Below are positions 61,547 through 64,000 of a DNA stretch of 64,000 nt, piece after piece. This DNA is from Candidatus Micrarchaeota archaeon (GTDB lineage Archaea > Micrarchaeota > Micrarchaeia > Anstonellales > Anstonellaceae): positions 247,261 through 311,260 of the forward strand of contig CAYMOY010000002.1 in the NCBI GenBank assembly GCA_964392435.1. Direction: 5' to 3'. The position numbers were made by a program, and so were the translations under genes. The notes beneath the pieces were generated by a model, which worked only from the letters and a program-made list of their open reading frames with translations, did not search any database and had not been told where the DNA came from. Numbering within the stretch: the first letter of the stretch is position 1; each line of letters starts with the position of its first letter.

Positions 61547-62320
61547 CTATTCGCCCCCTCTTATAGAGAACTTCCCTGATGGAAGAGCCAAAAGCAGCTC
61601 GTCAGTCCCTGTTTTCAGAATACCAGCTATTTTCTTCGCCGCCTTCCCCTTGTCAAAATTCCCCGGGGTGATGAAAACCGGCAGCTTTTCCGCCTTGGGG
61701 TGGCAGGCTGGCAAGCAGATTACAACGCCATTCTCCATGCCAATGGCAAGCTTCAGCTGGGTTGCCCGAAACCAGCTGCGCGCTCCTTCTATGGCAAAGC
61801 CCCCAGCGCCGACATAGCCACCCTGCGCATGTTTGGACAGCTGCCCCTTGTAAACAGCATAAACATCAACAGCAGCCGCGCCCACTTTCCAGGCTGATGA
61901 GTGCGATGCCGCGAACTGCGCCGCCTCTTTTTTTTCCTGCTCAGTCGCAGCCTTCCCTCCGGTTAAAATTGTGGCAGGCGCGCCTTGTATGTCTGCATGG
62001 AAGAACAAGTCATCCTCTTTCATAAAGGATGATGATAAGGAATCGTTCTGCCTGGCGTCCCTGCCCGCCAGGACAAGCCTGTTTTCTGATGTGTGGAACC
62101 ATCGGTATTTCTCATACCACTCCTTCATGCGTTTCATGCGCGCAGGGGCGTTTCTGGCGCTGGCCTCCTTGTGCGCATTCGCTGCGCCCTCCATCTCCCG
62201 CAAGGTTTCCTCAATCGCCTTTTTCGCGCCCTCCTCTTTTTTGGCAAGCTCCTTTGCCAGCTGGTAAAAGGAGGATGCATTTTCCTGCGCACTCTTGCGG
62301 ATGTCCAGCCTGATTTTCAT
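61547..62320 (-). CDS. NFACT-R (DUF814) domain protein, a short archaeal relative of Rqc2/NEMF/FbpA
   Basis: WYEKYRWFHTSENRLVLAGRDARQNDSL is the DUF814 signature; 257 aa; leaderless relative to TATA 62344-62352. Confidence 0.5.
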   Translation of the reverse strand: MKIRLDIRKSAQENASSFYQLAKELAKKEEGAKKAIEETLREMEGAANAHKEASARNAPARMKRMKEWYEKYRWFHTSENRLVLAGRDARQNDSLSSSFMKEDDLFFHADIQGAPATILTGGKAATEQEKKEAAQFAASHSSAWKVGAAAVDVYAVYKGQLSKHAQGGYVGAGGFAIEGARSWFRATQLKLAIGMENGVVICLPACHPKAEKLPVFITPGNFDKGKAAKKIAGILKTGTDELLLALPSGKFSIRGGE

Positions 62321-62343
62321 GCACTAACCTCAATCCCTACAGT

Positions 62344-62352
62344 TTAAAAAGT
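62344..62352. promoter_or_regulatory. Shared TATA (tttaaaaag) between divergent NFACT-R gene and the 62383 membrane-protein gene
   Basis: Centre about 62347. ATG 62320 (minus) is 27 nt away. ATG 62383 (plus) is 36 nt away, with a GGTG Shine-Dalgarno. Confidence 0.4.
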
Positions 62353-62382
62353 GTTTTCGCCAATCTTAGGTGTGGTGCGGAA

Positions 62383-62718
62383 ATGATTGCTCAGCGGGCT
62401 TACTACACAATCGCGTTCATGTTGCTCTTCTTCGGGCTAATCTTTGCGACAGCCACGCCTACGGACAAGCTGAAAGTGGCTCTTAAGGAGCTGTGTGTTG
62501 GCTTGCGCAACCTGGTGCCGATAGCCGCAATGCTCATGGTGCTTCTCGCCGCGGTCATCTATGCGACCGGGCAGATGATGGGGGCAGAGACCAGGGCTCG
62601 CGCGAACGTCTGGGCCACTTCCTGTCTGACCGGCGCCCTTATCGGGATAATAATCGCTTCCGTGGCGCCAGCAGTGCTCGGGCTAATGGCTCCACCAAAC
62701 ACCACCATAGAGTGCTGA
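62383..62718 (+). CDS. Small membrane protein (111 aa); weak resemblance to a class-III (type IV pilin-like) signal peptide
   Basis: MIAQRA|YYTIAFMLLFFGLIF has Arg-Ala followed by a hydrophobic stretch. A second TM near the C-terminus. Confidence 0.4.
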   Translation: MIAQRAYYTIAFMLLFFGLIFATATPTDKLKVALKELCVGLRNLVPIAAMLMVLLAAVIYATGQMMGAETRARANVWATSCLTGALIGIIIASVAPAVLGLMAPPNTTIEC

Positions 62719-62776
62719 CCAAAGAGCCTGATTTCTTTCTTGCCTATTTTTAAATTTTGAACAAGATGCCTATTGC

Positions 62777-64000
62777 ATGGACTCCGCTCTAGCCGTGGGC
62801 ATAAGCATAACCGTGATAATGCTGTCCGCCCTGGTTTTTGAGCGCTTCAAGCTCCCGCTAATACTCGGTGTGCTTCTCGCAGGGATAATAATCGGCCCAT
62901 ACTCCCCGCTTGCCGGCTTGGATGTGCTTGGCTTCCAGTTCAAGAACATAATCATATCCGACCCCTCAATTGTCGAGGTTTTTGCAGTTTTGGGCTCAGC
63001 CCTCATACTTTTCGGGATAGGGCTGGAATTTTCAGTGGTCAAGCTCACCCAGATAGGCGCATTCACCTTCCTTGCCGCAGCGATAAAGACAGGTATAATC
63101 TATCTGGTCGGGAATGCCGCCTTGCTGCTTCTGGGCTTCCCAGCGCCGACCTCCGCGCTGGTGGCAGTCGCGCTCTCTTTCTCATCCACCCCGATAATAA
63201 TCAAGCTGCTGGAGTCCTCGGGAAAAATCCGCAGGCCAGAAGTGCCATTCATAATCTCAATACTGATAATCGAGGATCTGCTCGCGGTTTTCTTCCTGGG
63301 GCTCATTTCCCATCCTTCTGCAAGCGTGAACGAATACGCATTCGCCATCTCGCTGGTCCGGGTGGTGCTGACATTCATATTCACCTATCTTGTGCTTTCC
63401 AGGATAATCTCCCGCTTCCTATCCCTGATTTCGCACTCTGACGAGCTTCTGATACTCGGGACTGTCAGCCTGGTGCTGGGCATAGGGTATCTGTCAGAGG
63501 CTATCGGGCTTTCATTCTCGGTCGGGGCATTTTTGGCGGGGAGCACCATCGCTGGCTCTTTCGAATCCCGCAAGATAGAGGAGAAGATACGGCCGTTCAA
63601 CTCCCTGTTCGCTTCGTTCTTCTTTTTTTCGATAGGCTTGCTTGTCAGCGTGAATGCAGTTTTTTCCAACCCAGTGCTGCTTTTCCTTTTCATAATAGTC
63701 ATCATCCCAGTGATTTTCATCTCATCTGGCATTTCGGCATATTTTGCCGGATTTGCCGGTCGGAACTCATGTTTTTGCGCAGCAGCCTCCCTTCCGCTAT
63801 CCGAACTTTCCCTCCTCATCTTGAGCCAAGGCATGGTCTCAGGCATCGTGGCATCCGAGTTTCTCGGCAGCTTTGCATTCGCAATAATCGTTTCCACATT
63901 CATGTCTGCATGGCTTCTGAACAGGGAAAACGAGACATACAATTTCCTGCTAATCTCGTGCCCAGAGCTGGTTGTCAAGAATATGCGCTTCCTGCGCGCG
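62777..64000 (+). CDS. Cation:proton antiporter, CPA2 (Kef-type) family, partial; the C-terminus runs past the window end
   Basis: From ATG 62777 the translation is open to 64000: MDSALAVGISITVIMLSALVFERFKLPLILGVLLAGIIIGP...IIEDLLAVFFLGL...FNSLFASFFFFSIGL. TATA ctatttttaaatttt lies about 26 nt upstream (leaderless). It is not in the ORF track because no stop falls inside the window. Confidence 0.75.
   Translation, partial: MDSALAVGISITVIMLSALVFERFKLPLILGVLLAGIIIGPYSPLAGLDVLGFQFKNIIISDPSIVEVFAVLGSALILFGIGLEFSVVKLTQIGAFTFLAAAIKTGIIYLVGNAALLLLGFPAPTSALVAVALSFSSTPIIIKLLESSGKIRRPEVPFIISILIIEDLLAVFFLGLISHPSASVNEYAFAISLVRVVLTFIFTYLVLSRIISRFLSLISHSDELLILGTVSLVLGIGYLSEAIGLSFSVGAFLAGSTIAGSFESRKIEEKIRPFNSLFASFFFFSIGLLVSVNAVFSNPVLLFLFIIVIIPVIFISSGISAYFAGFAGRNSCFCAAASLPLSELSLLILSQGMVSGIVASEFLGSFAFAIIVSTFMSAWLLNRENETYNFLLISCPELVVKNMRFLRA

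Noticed and set aside
1-64000. CRISPR arrays, transposases, integrases, rRNA genes
   Set aside because: Scanning by eye found no regularly spaced direct repeats, no DDE/tyrosine-recombinase-like ORFs and no rRNA-like conserved stretches. The triple-HTH protein is excisionase-like in fold only and has no recombinase partner.

Overview
This window looks like a GC-rich archaeal chromosomal segment (roughly 58-60% G+C, judged by eye). It is densely packed with core housekeeping genes on both strands: about 75 plausible protein genes and 2 tRNA genes. The tRNAs are tRNA-Lys(CUU) carrying a canonical 37/38 intron and an archaeal initiator tRNA-Met. Recognisable proteins include a partial RFC large subunit, YchF-like and DRG GTPases, geranylgeranyl diphosphate synthase, TFE-alpha, Trm56, membrane H+/Na+-pyrophosphatase, GatD/GatE, NadX, a DHH/RecJ-like phosphoesterase, a FlaI/VirB11-class secretion ATPase with an N-terminal zinc ribbon, SRP54, Pus10, an A24 (FlaK/PibD-type) prepilin peptidase, family-B DNA polymerase, a type-I GAPDH, two adjacent geranylgeranyl-reductase paralogs, PyrB/PyrI, thymidylate kinase, GGGP synthase, Sua5/YrdC, HemK-like and SPOUT methyltransferases, SepF, Orc1/Cdc6, an HD hydrolase, RpoE'/Spt4/S26e, endonuclease IV, a complete suf operon (XRE-type regulator, SufC, SufB, SufD, SufS, SufU), Ogg, and a partial CPA2 antiporter. 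I found no CRISPR array, transposase, integrase or rRNA. The features I consider most worth a second look are these: a putative replication origin, made of ORB-like inverted repeats flanking a 122-bp AT island between convergent genes; a repeated arrangement in which one symmetric TATA box sits about 26 nt from both start codons of divergent, apparently leaderless gene pairs, with start-to-start spacing of 51-53 nt in six pairs; a 1379-aa Ser/Ala/Gln-rich coiled-coil surface protein with a signal peptide and C-terminal membrane anchor; a Cys-rich, sequon-rich membrane-anchored protein with a DsbA-like oxidoreductase also in the window; a 249-aa protein made of three tandem excisionase-type HTH domains, with a palindrome just upstream; a gene apparently split at an A9 homopolymer; and a 72-aa basic tandem-repeat protein followed by a structured GC-rich element and oligo-T terminators. 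Many long ORFs antisense to real genes are GC-content artefacts and were rejected.
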